Below are positions 19,866-30,171 of a stretch of DNA of 64,000 bases, piece after piece (position 1 is the first letter of the stretch; every line of letters starts with the position of its first letter). The position numbers were made by a program, and so were the translations under genes. Origin of the DNA: Spirochaetia bacterium (GTDB lineage: Bacteria > Spirochaetota > Spirochaetia > UBA9216); contig OY776510.1 of assembly GCA_963675665.1 (NCBI GenBank), positions 1,504,001 through 1,568,000 of the forward strand, written 5' to 3'. The notes below the pieces were generated by a model. That model ran no database searches. It was given only the letters and a program-made list of their open reading frames with translations, and was not told the DNA's origin.

Positions 19866-21776
19866 ATGCGTAAATCTTTATTTTTTACCGGTTTTATTTT
19901 TCTCATTATCATATCGGGATGCAGCGATTTAACGTCGGGGCAGCAGGCCCTCAATGACGAACCCGTGGTTATAGAGACAATAGCCCGCGGTGAAATACTT
20001 CAGCCCGGCGAAAGCATTCCGGTAGAATACATTCTGAATGAAACGGAAACCCCGCCGGACAAACTCGTCATTACAGTAACTGATCAGGTCGGAAATATTG
20101 TTTTTGAAGAAACTTTTGAGGAAGATCCTTTGCCCGAATGGATTCCGGAAATAGAAACGGAACAGGGGTTTACCGATGGTCTGTATTCGCTGAGAATGGA
20201 TTTTTACACCGGAGACGAACTTTTTTTCTCTGAGACCAGAGAATTTTTCATAACGGCAGCAGTTCGAAGCATTGTGAGTATAACTTCCTATCCGCCGGTA
20301 CTTTACCCGGGCGGGGGAGGGTTGTTCTATGCCGATATCGACGGCTCGGAAGAGGACTGCTGGTTAAGGTGGATGCTTGACGGAGAGAAAATAGCGGAAG
20401 GAACTGTAACTGACGGTTACAGAAGTATTGAGATTGAGGCTCCCGACACGGAGGGTGTTTATAATCTCAGCCTTGAAGTCTTTCCTTTCGAACCTCCGGA
20501 AGGCGGATATGCTTTTAAATCGATCCTTAAAAAGGAAATTCCGCTTTATATTAATAAGCAACAGAAAGCCGGTGTAAACGAATTCGGACCTGCAAACGAA
20601 TTCAGCAGCCTGTTTCATTTCAGGGGAAGTTATCTTGATTCTGCCGGCGCCGATTTAGACAAAACAGATGAACTTTCACCGGTAGGTAATCCCGAGCTTT
20701 CTGTAAAAGACGGGTTATTCGGATATTATATGACCCGGCAAACCGGGTTTAAGACAGAGTCGTTGATGATTCCGGCGGGAAATGGGGAGTTGCAGTCGTT
20801 TTCAGTAATGATGTCGATGATTCCCTACGATTTGCCCGGCGATTCGTTCAGCGATAATCCCGACGAAATTTTTTATACCGGTTTTTCAGACGGAAGCCTG
20901 GAGGTCTCTGCCGGTGTTTTTCCCGACGGCAGAATGAAAGGCGAGATTGCCGTCGGCGGAGAGCGTTTCAGTCTGTACTCCGAGGCCCCTCTTCTTTCGG
21001 AAGATGTTTATTCTTCCGTCAGTTTTGCCGTAAAACCGGATGAAGAGAAGCTTGTACTTGCGTGGTATCTTGACGGTGTTCCCGAATCTGAAATGAGTTA
21101 TTATCCCGAACCGGGCGTTAAAGCTTCATGGACCGACTTGAAATTGTCGGAGAAACCTGCAGAGAGCCGGATTCTCGGCGGAAACGGCACCTCCGGACTT
21201 ATGGATGAATTCGGTGTATACCGGGGAGCTATTGATCCGGAGCAGTTCAGACGGGCAATGGAATATGAATACGGAAAATTTCTTATGTATGCCGAAGGTT
21301 TCGACGGAAGAACGGATGATTTGGGCTTCAGTGATCAAAATGTTTTTACCGAAAACAGCCGGCTGGTCATAGGTCCGGGATCCTCTGTGGATTTTCCTCC
21401 GATTTTCCCGGGTTATGAAGAAGTTGTTTTCATGATTGAAACATCAGGTGCAGGTTCACAACATGCTGATGCTGTGTTTTATATAGACAGGGAAACCTCA
21501 GGGATTATAAATGCCAGACTTGATGATGAAATAAAAAAATCGGACGGAATTTCGTTCAGCCTGATTTTTACAACAGACGCAGTTTCTCTTGACGGACTTG
21601 ATAATCAAAGTATAGGAACCGGACTTACCGGTGATTTCAGCGGGATAGGATTCCGGATTGTCAATAATGATCAGCAACAGATGCTTGAACTTGAAAGTAT
21701 TCTGATTATCAGAAAAAATATAAATGTAACGGAAAATAAAGTAAATATTCCGGCAGGAAAAACAATCAGAAGTTAA
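19866..21776 (+). CDS. Lipoprotein with probable LamG/concanavalin-like domain
   Basis: Lipobox ISGC; WYLDGV...GLMDEFGVY resembles LamG; beta-rich and acidic. Confidence 0.6.
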   Translation: MRKSLFFTGFIFLIIISGCSDLTSGQQALNDEPVVIETIARGEILQPGESIPVEYILNETETPPDKLVITVTDQVGNIVFEETFEEDPLPEWIPEIETEQGFTDGLYSLRMDFYTGDELFFSETREFFITAAVRSIVSITSYPPVLYPGGGGLFYADIDGSEEDCWLRWMLDGEKIAEGTVTDGYRSIEIEAPDTEGVYNLSLEVFPFEPPEGGYAFKSILKKEIPLYINKQQKAGVNEFGPANEFSSLFHFRGSYLDSAGADLDKTDELSPVGNPELSVKDGLFGYYMTRQTGFKTESLMIPAGNGELQSFSVMMSMIPYDLPGDSFSDNPDEIFYTGFSDGSLEVSAGVFPDGRMKGEIAVGGERFSLYSEAPLLSEDVYSSVSFAVKPDEEKLVLAWYLDGVPESEMSYYPEPGVKASWTDLKLSEKPAESRILGGNGTSGLMDEFGVYRGAIDPEQFRRAMEYEYGKFLMYAEGFDGRTDDLGFSDQNVFTENSRLVIGPGSSVDFPPIFPGYEEVVFMIETSGAGSQHADAVFYIDRETSGIINARLDDEIKKSDGISFSLIFTTDAVSLDGLDNQSIGTGLTGDFSGIGFRIVNNDQQQMLELESILIIRKNINVTENKVNIPAGKTIRS

Positions 21777-21785
21777 GGATCAGTA

Positions 21786-23081
21786 ATGAAAAAATGTCTC
21801 CTTTCATTCCTGTGCGCAGTCCTGATGATATCAGCTGCAACAGCTCAGGATGTATCAGAAAAACAGGAAGTAGCGGTTTTTTCACTGAACTATACCGACT
21901 GGAGCATCCCCACCGGTGCGCTTGGTATGGTTGATCAGCAAATTGTTGAGGTTATTTCCAATCTCGGCCGATTTGATGTGAAAGGACTGAATTTCAGGCT
22001 CAGAACAACGGATATCTCTGAATTCACAGAGATGATCAAAAAAGCTAATGAATCCAATATAGTTATCGATGAGAAATTCAGACTGGGAGAGGAAACCTTT
22101 ACCGAGGCTGATTTTCTGGAACTGGTAGGCTCTTTTATAATAGTAATTCCGTCCATGACCTATTATAACGCTTTTTATTCTGAGGACGGATGGGAAGTGG
22201 AGTTACAGACATCATTCTCGTTCATCAAGGTCAAGGATTCGACTTCTATTGCCCAGTTTTCTATCGAGACTTTCGGTTCGGCGGACACACAGCAGGAAGC
22301 AACCTTAAATGCGGCGGAAGCCATTGCCCCGCAGCTGGAATTCGAGCTGAGAAGTATTGAGGAATTCAGACTAAAGACGGGAATTATAGAAATTCTCCCG
22401 TACGGGAACGTAATAATAGAGCTAGGCAGAAATATGGGACTTGCGAAAGGTGATGAATATTCGATAATCAGTTCTTCACTCCTTTCGTCGGGGCATACCG
22501 TAACCGACAATTCCGGTCTTCTGGTTATTACCGATGTAAAGAATGAAGTTTCTTACGGAAAGGTCATCTACAGCGACGGAAAAGCCTCTGTTGGTGATCA
22601 GCTAATGGAAAATCCGAGAATAGGAACAGATCTCTCTGCTTACGGGCATTTGTTTATTAATAAAACCGGGATAACCGGAGGAAGTATCGGGATTAAGTCG
22701 GCGGTTTCGAGAGGTTTTTACGATATGCGCCCATTTATGGGGGTTGAGTTTCCGATAGTCAGCGATCTTTTCACACAAACAGAGTCGGGTTTTCCAATGA
22801 CCCTTTATCTGGGCGGTGAATTTATGTGGTATCTCGGCAGACTTCAGATAGAGCCTTCGGTCTCTCTCGGCGGTACCGGGCTGATACCCGTTAATGAACA
22901 GCAGAGTTTCAGATTGACTCATGCCGGAGGTACGGCCGGACTGATGCTGAACTGGATGTTTATGGACAGTATGAGGTTGTTTCTGGAAGGAGGCTATTGT
23001 TACTGGTTTTCAATGGATTCTGCATCAGCGTCTTCTTACGGCGGGATTTTTGCCGGACTTGGTGTTACATTTAAAATGTAG
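21786..23081 (+). CDS. Exported protein, probable outer-membrane beta-barrel C-terminus with CsgG/FlgT-like N-terminal domains
   Basis: Signal peptide; ELGRNMGLAKGDEY (FlgT C-terminal-like); alternating aromatic strands ending GLGVTFKM. Confidence 0.55.
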   Translation: MKKCLLSFLCAVLMISAATAQDVSEKQEVAVFSLNYTDWSIPTGALGMVDQQIVEVISNLGRFDVKGLNFRLRTTDISEFTEMIKKANESNIVIDEKFRLGEETFTEADFLELVGSFIIVIPSMTYYNAFYSEDGWEVELQTSFSFIKVKDSTSIAQFSIETFGSADTQQEATLNAAEAIAPQLEFELRSIEEFRLKTGIIEILPYGNVIIELGRNMGLAKGDEYSIISSSLLSSGHTVTDNSGLLVITDVKNEVSYGKVIYSDGKASVGDQLMENPRIGTDLSAYGHLFINKTGITGGSIGIKSAVSRGFYDMRPFMGVEFPIVSDLFTQTESGFPMTLYLGGEFMWYLGRLQIEPSVSLGGTGLIPVNEQQSFRLTHAGGTAGLMLNWMFMDSMRLFLEGGYCYWFSMDSASASSYGGIFAGLGVTFKM

Positions 23082-23085
23082 TAGT

Positions 23086-23204
23086 AATGAAAAATATAGC
23101 CCAAGGTGCAAGCACCTTTTACTATATTTTTCATTTTGAAGTTTGTAAAATTGATATTTACAAACCTCAACTCCCAAATCTGCCTTCCATGGCAGGGAGT
23201 TTTT
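23086..23204. repeat. Three back-to-back inverted repeats filling the intergenic region
   Basis: AATGAAAAATATAG/CTATATTTTTCATT with inner AAGGTGC/GCACCTT; TTGA-GTTTGTAAA/TTTACAAAC-TCAA; AACTCCC..TGCC/GGCA-GGGAGTT. Confidence 0.85.
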
Positions 23205-23218
23205 ATTAGGAGAACTAA

Positions 23219-24592
23219 ATGTTATTTAAACAGCGTTGTAAAAACCAGAACTTTTTAATCATCTTAATTATTATTCTTGCAGTGTTTGGAGCTTCCTGTA
23301 CAACAACCGGTTCCTCCGATCAGGCGGTAACTTCCAGGGGTGATTTAAATCCGAATCCGGTTTACTACGCCGAAGGCAGCGGAGATTCCGCAATAGAAGC
23401 GATGAATGCCGCCAAAAGAAAAGCTGTAAAAGCCGCAGCGGCCGATCTGCTCGGAGAAGCGGCTTCTTCAGGGCAGGGCGAAGAACTCGATTCTTTCATA
23501 AATTCTATCAGTGATTTTACCCCGTATATAATCAGGGATTCACAGGAGAATATAGACAGCAGCAGCTCAGGCGGCTATTACTATTACCTAGGCATAAAAA
23601 TAAATCTGCAGGCCGTTGCTGAAAAACTCAAATCCGAAGATATTCTCGGAGGGCAGATTGACGGGCGTGAAGGAAATGAATACAGCCTGCCGGATCAGAA
23701 AAAGCCTTCTGTAAAGGTTGCAGATGCCGCCGGTGTTGAAGCAACAGCAGAAGCAAACGTAGCTGAAGAACAACGTGTAGTTGAAAGGATTATACCGGAA
23801 GCTACGGCTGAAGAGCTGGCCGTGATAAGGGAATATCTGGATTCGCTTACCTATATGGTGTATTTCGATGAAGAGTCGGCGGCGAACCCGTTTCTAAGCA
23901 GAACAGCAGTTACAAGTGCCAACAGGTTTCTCGATACCGAAGGATACGAGTATGTTGATCTCTCGCAAATCGAACGTATCAAGGCTGATCAGCAGCTGGT
24001 TTATGAAGAAGAAACCGGAGAAGCGGTCAGCATTATTCAGTGGATTGCGCATAAACTTAATGCGGATATCTACATTGAAATAAATCTCGATACAAACAGC
24101 AGCACGAAAAACGGCAGGTATTACGGAAGCGCCAATGTAGCATTAAACTGTTACAATGCATCGACTGCAGAGGGAAGAGGATCTGCATCCTACCAGACAA
24201 ATCCTCCGGCTTTCAGTACGGTTTCAGAGGAAGATGCACTGGCAAATGCTGTTTCTTCCGCTGTTTTCAAGGGCATGGCCGCGGCAGTTGCAGAAGCCGA
24301 GAATGAAACGGCCAAAGCTGTTTCAAAAGGTTTTAAATACAGTCTTGTCATGATAAATACATCCGACTCACGCATGATGAGGGACTTCGAGAAAAAACTT
24401 GAAAGACGGGTAAAAAGTGTCGACAGAATTTCTTTTTCTCCTGAAGAAAGTGTATTTGAGGTGTATCTTATTGGTAATATATCAGACCTCGAAGACTTCG
24501 TTTATGATACAGCGGAAAGTATTCCCGGTATGGAAGGAATTTTGCTGGTTATGCAGAGGGGGAATTCGATTACTTTTGATACAGGAATGTAA
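23219..24592 (+). CDS. Lipoprotein with LPP20/FlgT-N-like and CsgG-like (DUF6175-like) domains
   Basis: Lipobox GASC; YAEGSG...AMNAAKRKAV; ADIYIE; AGGAG SD. Confidence 0.6.
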   Translation: MLFKQRCKNQNFLIILIIILAVFGASCTTTGSSDQAVTSRGDLNPNPVYYAEGSGDSAIEAMNAAKRKAVKAAAADLLGEAASSGQGEELDSFINSISDFTPYIIRDSQENIDSSSSGGYYYYLGIKINLQAVAEKLKSEDILGGQIDGREGNEYSLPDQKKPSVKVADAAGVEATAEANVAEEQRVVERIIPEATAEELAVIREYLDSLTYMVYFDEESAANPFLSRTAVTSANRFLDTEGYEYVDLSQIERIKADQQLVYEEETGEAVSIIQWIAHKLNADIYIEINLDTNSSTKNGRYYGSANVALNCYNASTAEGRGSASYQTNPPAFSTVSEEDALANAVSSAVFKGMAAAVAEAENETAKAVSKGFKYSLVMINTSDSRMMRDFEKKLERRVKSVDRISFSPEESVFEVYLIGNISDLEDFVYDTAESIPGMEGILLVMQRGNSITFDTGM

Positions 24593-26046
24593 TGATGAAT
24601 AAAAAACATTTTGTACTGTTACTGCTGTTCACTTCATATATATTTATCTCCTGTGTTTCAGCACCGGCCCCGCCGGAATGGATAAACACGCCGCCGCCTG
24701 AAACTGCAGAGTTTGCATATTTTACGGGTATAGGCTCCGATCCTGACGGAGATCAGGGCACTGCAGCTTCCGAGGCTGCTTCTCAGATTGTTTCCGAGAT
24801 TACAAAGTATCTCGGCGTCAGGATAACCTCCGATACAACCGCTGAGGCCAAAGACGCATATGGAAAATTTGAATCTAAACTGACTTCTGTTGTAAACGAA
24901 AAATCATCAGCCAGGCTGGCAGGCCTTACTGTCAGCGATAAATGGATTGAGCAGGCTGAAACCGGAGTAAATGTCTATCTGCTTGCTCGTTACGGAAAAA
25001 CAGAACTTCTTGCGGAAAAGAAAAGACTTGAAGAATTGTTCAGGGAAAAACAGGAAGCTATCTCAGGACCCGAGAGCGAAGGCGATGATTTTTTCTCGGA
25101 GTCGAAGTATTACCGGGCATCTGTTCAGTATATTGAAGCCGCCCTGGCAGCATCAACCTCCGAACTTGAAAACGCGGATCTCAAATTTGAGCGAAATATC
25201 ACCAAAGCCCGTGAATCAATAGAGCGCATCAGCATCGAGAAGGTTTCAGGGCCTCAATCTGTCTATGTAGGTGATAATTTTACTGAAGAATTTACAGTAA
25301 AGCTTTCATCAGACGATATTCCCGTTGAAGGCCTTCCTGTTACGGCAAGTTATAAGGAAATGCGTACAAACGGAAGAAAAACGGTCCGGACACATACGAT
25401 TCTGACCGACAGCAACGGCTATGCATCGTTTAAACCGCCGGCGCCGGAGTGGGTCGGTCGTGAAGATATCATATTCTTTCTCGATATGAGGGCCGCTATC
25501 GAGCCGCTTGAAGAAGTAAGTTTCAAACTGCTCCAATATGTCGACGGGCTTGAACAGGCTGTTAACGCGCGCCGTACCTCTTTTAATTACGATGTATTGT
25601 CGAAGGCCGTTGAGGTCCCTACATGTATAATGGTGATGGACGTGGATCGCAGCGGCAATCCGCTGGACAAGACCGATACGGCAACAGGCATCCTGTCGGA
25701 ACTGGCCGATGCCGGGTTTGATATTATCATGCTGCCGGTTGATTTCAGAATGACTGCGATAAACGATACAGGACTTATTGATCTTGTCAGAGAACAGTAC
25801 GGAAATATGTATGAACGGCTGATATTCGGAACCGCAGAAATAAGCAGTTTTGAAGAAAACGGCAACTCTGTTATTGTCAAGGTGACCGGCCGAATAAAGG
25901 CTGTAGAGCTTGAAACAGGGCGGATACTGTTCTCGGCTTCGGAACAGAAACGCGCAATGGGAAGCAGTAACGCTTCGACCATCTCGGCGGCATTCAGCAG
26001 CCTGGGCCGTATGTACGGTGAAAAACTGGTTTCAGATCTTCCCTGA
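24592..26046 (+). CDS. LPP20-family lipoprotein
   Basis: Lipobox FISC followed by PPEWI..PP..YFTGIG, typical of LPP20. Confidence 0.75.
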   Translation: MMNKKHFVLLLLFTSYIFISCVSAPAPPEWINTPPPETAEFAYFTGIGSDPDGDQGTAASEAASQIVSEITKYLGVRITSDTTAEAKDAYGKFESKLTSVVNEKSSARLAGLTVSDKWIEQAETGVNVYLLARYGKTELLAEKKRLEELFREKQEAISGPESEGDDFFSESKYYRASVQYIEAALAASTSELENADLKFERNITKARESIERISIEKVSGPQSVYVGDNFTEEFTVKLSSDDIPVEGLPVTASYKEMRTNGRKTVRTHTILTDSNGYASFKPPAPEWVGREDIIFFLDMRAAIEPLEEVSFKLLQYVDGLEQAVNARRTSFNYDVLSKAVEVPTCIMVMDVDRSGNPLDKTDTATGILSELADAGFDIIMLPVDFRMTAINDTGLIDLVREQYGNMYERLIFGTAEISSFEENGNSVIVKVTGRIKAVELETGRILFSASEQKRAMGSSNASTISAAFSSLGRMYGEKLVSDLP

Positions 26047-26048
26047 GT

Positions 26049-26789
26049 TCAGGAAAGATTGTTGATATTCAAAGCTGCGGGGTCATTGGAAATAATCCCG
26101 CTGACTCCGGCCTCAAGCAGTCTTTTCGCTTCAGCCGGATCGTCTGTCGTCCATGCAAAGACCGGTCTTTTACCGGTTCTTTTTTTTATCATGACATGTT
26201 CCGGTTTCAGTATATCAACAGAAGCAATCCATCTGCCTTCGCCGTGTCTCAGATACCACGGAAGTTCTTCGTTGTTGCAGTAAATGATTGCTGTGGGAAT
26301 CCCGGGAGCGGTTTTTTTCAGGTTTTTCAGCGGTATGGGATTAAATGAAGAAACTACAGTACGTTCTTCAAGCCGGTAGCTCTTTAAAAGATTTAGAAGT
26401 TTGTTTTCAATTCCTGTCGACGTTCTTGATCTGCTTTTAATTTCAATATCGTAATAAACCCTGTCTCCGAGCAAGTCAAAAACGTCCTGAAGCAGCGGCA
26501 GCCTTTCGTTTGAGAATTTTTCATCCTTCCAGCTTCCGGCATCAAGATGTTTAATGTCCGAATACCCGAGATCTTCAATTGTGCCCCTGAAGCCTGTAAC
26601 CCGCTCAAGATTATGGTCATGGGTTACTACAAGCTCGCCGGAACGGCAGAGATGAATATCAAGTTCTATCCCGGGAATTTTTCGGCTAAGCGCTTCCTGA
26701 AAAGCCGCAAGCGTATTTTCAGGCGCTGTACTTGAATAACCGCGGTGTGCAAACAGATAAGGTCCGGTTTCTCCGGGGAATATTTTCAT
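26049..26789 (-). CDS. Glycerophosphodiester phosphodiesterase
   Basis: AHRGYS..PENTLAAF, ELDIH, HD..L.R, IEIK, SSFN. Confidence 0.95.
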   Translation of the reverse strand: MKIFPGETGPYLFAHRGYSSTAPENTLAAFQEALSRKIPGIELDIHLCRSGELVVTHDHNLERVTGFRGTIEDLGYSDIKHLDAGSWKDEKFSNERLPLLQDVFDLLGDRVYYDIEIKSRSRTSTGIENKLLNLLKSYRLEERTVVSSFNPIPLKNLKKTAPGIPTAIIYCNNEELPWYLRHGEGRWIASVDILKPEHVMIKKRTGKRPVFAWTTDDPAEAKRLLEAGVSGIISNDPAALNINNLS

Positions 26790-26903
26790 GCAGAAAGAAT
26801 AGCATCAGACAGTTGTTTCGGCAAGCGGTATGTTTCGACTGAAAATTACGATACTCCGGCGGAACGATTGAAAAATGACAGCTTTTTGATTATTCTTTCT
26901 GCA

Positions 26904-28283
26904 ATGAAAGAACTGAACTATAATACCGATGATGCCGTTGCCGCCCTTGCTACGGGCTGGGAAGAGAGCGCAATTGCGGTTATCAGAACCAGCGGAAGCG
27001 AGAGTATAAATCTTTCCGCCGGGGTATTTTCCAATAAAAAAGGGCTGCTGAATGCTGAAGGCGGCACGATAGTTTACGGGTATGTTATTGATCCCGAAAC
27101 GGGAGCAAGAGTTGACGAGGTACTTGCGGCGGTGTTCAGGGCCCCGCGAAGCTACACGGGTGAGAATAGTGTGGAATTTTTCTGCCACGGGGGGATTCCC
27201 GCCGTATCAGCCGTTTTATCCGCGCTTATACGCGCCGGTTTCCGCGATGCCGCTCCGGGTGAGTTTACAATGCGCGCCTTTATTAACGGCAAACTTGACC
27301 TTACCCGTGCAGAAGCAGTGCATGAAATAGTTACGGCAAAAACTGCGAAGGCCCATTCGCTTGCGTTGAACAGGCTTTCCGGCGCGCTTGAAAAAAGGAT
27401 TGAAAAGCTGAAAAAAAGTGTGCTGAACATGTTGTCGGCAGTTGAACTTCTTCTGGATTATCCGGAAGACGAGCTTGACGGTCAGGCGGGAGAGTATCCG
27501 CTTGATTCTGAAGAGGTCGAGGCTCTCCGTGCAGAAGTCGACAGGCTTGCCGACAGCTTCAGGGCCGGAAAGGTTTTTCGCGACGGTGTGCCGGCAGCTC
27601 TTGCCGGACGTACCAATGCCGGAAAATCTTCTCTGTTCAATCTTTTGCTCAGGGAAGACCGGGCCATTGTTTCCGAGGTACACGGGACAACGCGCGATTA
27701 TATTGAATCATGGATAACGGTAAACGGCATACCGCTGAGGTTGTTTGATACTGCAGGGCTAAGAAGCCCGGACAACTCTGTTGAGGCAGAAGGTATAAAG
27801 CGCAGCGGGGAAGTGATTTCCGGTGCGGGAATAGTTGTATATCTGGTTGATTCGTCACAGGGGCTTAATGCCGAAGATCAGGCGTTTTTAAACAGTTTCA
27901 ACGGACAGGAAAGACTGATCAGGGTCTGGAGCAAGATTGATGCCGGCGGCGGTTCTGCCGCTGCTCCCGAAGGATTTATCCCGGTGAGTTCTGTTACCGG
28001 CGAAGGGCTGCAATTGCTGGAACAGGCCCTTTCTGAAGCGGCTCTGGGAAAAAAGGGTCTTGACGACAGTGTTGTAATTGACTCTCTACGGCAGCGTGAT
28101 TTACTTCAGCGTGCATCTGAAGCATTATCCAGAAGCAGAGACGCCGCTGAAGAAGAAGCTCCGGTTGATGCTGTCGCCATGGAACTTCGCGATGCGCTTG
28201 ACGCTTTGGGCGAGATAACCGGCGAGGTTAGCTCAGCCGACATTCTTGATAATATTTTTTCAAATTTTTGTGTAGGAAAATGA
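26904..28283 (+). CDS. mnmE: tRNA modification GTPase MnmE
   Basis: SYTGE, PGEFTMRAFINGKLDL, GRTNAGKSS, GTTRD, DTAG, C-terminal FCVGK; ATG26904 preferred over the ORF-track start. Confidence 0.97.
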   Translation: MKELNYNTDDAVAALATGWEESAIAVIRTSGSESINLSAGVFSNKKGLLNAEGGTIVYGYVIDPETGARVDEVLAAVFRAPRSYTGENSVEFFCHGGIPAVSAVLSALIRAGFRDAAPGEFTMRAFINGKLDLTRAEAVHEIVTAKTAKAHSLALNRLSGALEKRIEKLKKSVLNMLSAVELLLDYPEDELDGQAGEYPLDSEEVEALRAEVDRLADSFRAGKVFRDGVPAALAGRTNAGKSSLFNLLLREDRAIVSEVHGTTRDYIESWITVNGIPLRLFDTAGLRSPDNSVEAEGIKRSGEVISGAGIVVYLVDSSQGLNAEDQAFLNSFNGQERLIRVWSKIDAGGGSAAAPEGFIPVSSVTGEGLQLLEQALSEAALGKKGLDDSVVIDSLRQRDLLQRASEALSRSRDAAEEEAPVDAVAMELRDALDALGEITGEVSSADILDNIFSNFCVGK

Positions 28284-28284
28284 T

Positions 28285-30171
28285 TTGAGTAACGCAGATT
28301 TTGACGCGATTGTTATAGGCGGAGGACACGCCGGTATAGAAGCATCACTGTCCCTGGCCAGGCTTGGTTTTGAGACGATGCTTATAACTCAAAGCCTCGA
28401 TACGATAGGAAGACTTTCATGTAATCCTTCGATTGGAGGGCTGTCCAAGGGGAATATTGTCCGCGAAATTGACGCTCTCGGCGGAGAAATGGCCAGGCTG
28501 ATTGATAAATCAATGATACAGTTCCGGGTCCTGAACAGGCGGCGCGGCCCGGCAGTTCAGGCCCCGCGGGCCCAGGCGGACAAATTTCTTTACAACAGGC
28601 TGGCGAAAGAAATTGTTGAAAATTGTAATAACCTTCATCCTTTTCAGGACACGGTAACGGATTTTATCCTAGATTCAGGCGGCACCCGCATAAACGGTGT
28701 TGTTACCGAGCGGGGCAGAAGATTCACCGCCCGTACAGTAGTAATGACCACCGGTACTTTCATGGAAGGGAAAATTTTCATAGGCGATTATGAAAGTCCG
28801 TCGGGACGTATAGGCGAGCCTGCGGCAATAGGGCTTGGGACCTCCCTGCGTCGTATCGGGTTTACGGTTGCAAGGTTGAAAACGGGTACACCGGCAAGGG
28901 TTTCATCGGCATCAATCGATTATTCCAGAATGGAAGAGCAGCCGGGAGACCCTGAAATTATACCGTTTTCATTTGTGAATGATGCGGTGGATCGTCCCCA
29001 GGTCCCGTGCTGGATTACCTACACAAATGAAGCCACGCACAGTATTATCCGCGCAAATATGGATAAATCCCCGCTTTACGGCGGCAAGATTGTAGGCACC
29101 GGGCCGCGATACTGTCCGTCGATAGAGGACAAGGTCGTAAGGTTTCCCGACCGCGACAGGCACCAGATATTCGTGGAGCCGGAAGGCCTCGGTTCGGATG
29201 AGATGTACCTGAACGGTATATCATCGTCGCTGCCCGAAACCGTTCAGGAAGCGTTTATCCGTACTCTGCCCGGGCTTGAGGATGTAAAAATCATGCGGCC
29301 GGGATATGCCGTTGAATATGATTACATTGAACCGCGCCAGCTGCTTCCGTCGCTTATGACCAAACGAATTGAAGGCCTTTTCAGCGCCGGACAGACAAAC
29401 GGAACTTCGGGTTATGAAGAAGCTGGCTGTCAGGGCCTGCTGGCCGGTATAAATGCGGCAATGTACATGCTCGGCCGCGAACCGCTTGTATTAAGCCGTT
29501 CAGAGGCCTATACAGGCGTGCTGATAGATGATCTGGTGACCCTTGGAACAAAAGAGCCCTACCGGATGTTTACATCACGTGCCGAATACCGGCTGTGTCT
29601 GCGCCATGATACGGCTGATATCAGGCTTATGCCGAAGGGGCGGGCCGTCGGGCTTCAATCGGAGAGTGCAATGGAAGCCCTCAGGGAAAAGATCTCTAAG
29701 ATTGATGAGATAAAGACCCTGCTTGCCGGGCGTAGAATTGGAAAAACAGAACTGGAAACTGCCGGGGGGAGGATCAACGGAATTGAGGAGCGACTTGGAG
29801 ACAGTTTTGAGAAATTGATGAGAGTTCCCGATTTTACCTTCTCGGATCTTCTGCTGCTTGAACCTGAACTTGGGAAATTCAACCGGCAGCTGCTTGAGCA
29901 GGCCGCAATTGATATCAAATACGAGGGCTATATCAACCGGCAGCAGAAACAGATAAACAGGTTCAGGCGGATGGAAAACCTGAAGATTCCGGCGGAGTTT
30001 GATTATGATTCAATTTCCGGCGTTTCTGTAGAATCGCTTGAAAAGTTTAAGAAAATCCGGCCGATGTCGGTAGGCCAGGCTTCGCGTATTTCAGGCGTTC
30101 GTTCATCGGATATTGCGGTGCTTCTCGTTGTTTTGGGTCGGAACACGGATAACGGAAATGCGGATGGATAA
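28285..30171 (+). CDS. mnmG: tRNA uridine-5-carboxymethylaminomethyl modification enzyme MnmG (GidA)
   Basis: GGGHAG, SCNPSIGG, KTGTP, GPRYCPSIEDK, GQTNGTSGYEEA, EPYRMFTSRAEYRL. Confidence 0.98.
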   Translation: MSNADFDAIVIGGGHAGIEASLSLARLGFETMLITQSLDTIGRLSCNPSIGGLSKGNIVREIDALGGEMARLIDKSMIQFRVLNRRRGPAVQAPRAQADKFLYNRLAKEIVENCNNLHPFQDTVTDFILDSGGTRINGVVTERGRRFTARTVVMTTGTFMEGKIFIGDYESPSGRIGEPAAIGLGTSLRRIGFTVARLKTGTPARVSSASIDYSRMEEQPGDPEIIPFSFVNDAVDRPQVPCWITYTNEATHSIIRANMDKSPLYGGKIVGTGPRYCPSIEDKVVRFPDRDRHQIFVEPEGLGSDEMYLNGISSSLPETVQEAFIRTLPGLEDVKIMRPGYAVEYDYIEPRQLLPSLMTKRIEGLFSAGQTNGTSGYEEAGCQGLLAGINAAMYMLGREPLVLSRSEAYTGVLIDDLVTLGTKEPYRMFTSRAEYRLCLRHDTADIRLMPKGRAVGLQSESAMEALREKISKIDEIKTLLAGRRIGKTELETAGGRINGIEERLGDSFEKLMRVPDFTFSDLLLLEPELGKFNRQLLEQAAIDIKYEGYINRQQKQINRFRRMENLKIPAEFDYDSISGVSVESLEKFKKIRPMSVGQASRISGVRSSDIAVLLVVLGRNTDNGNADG

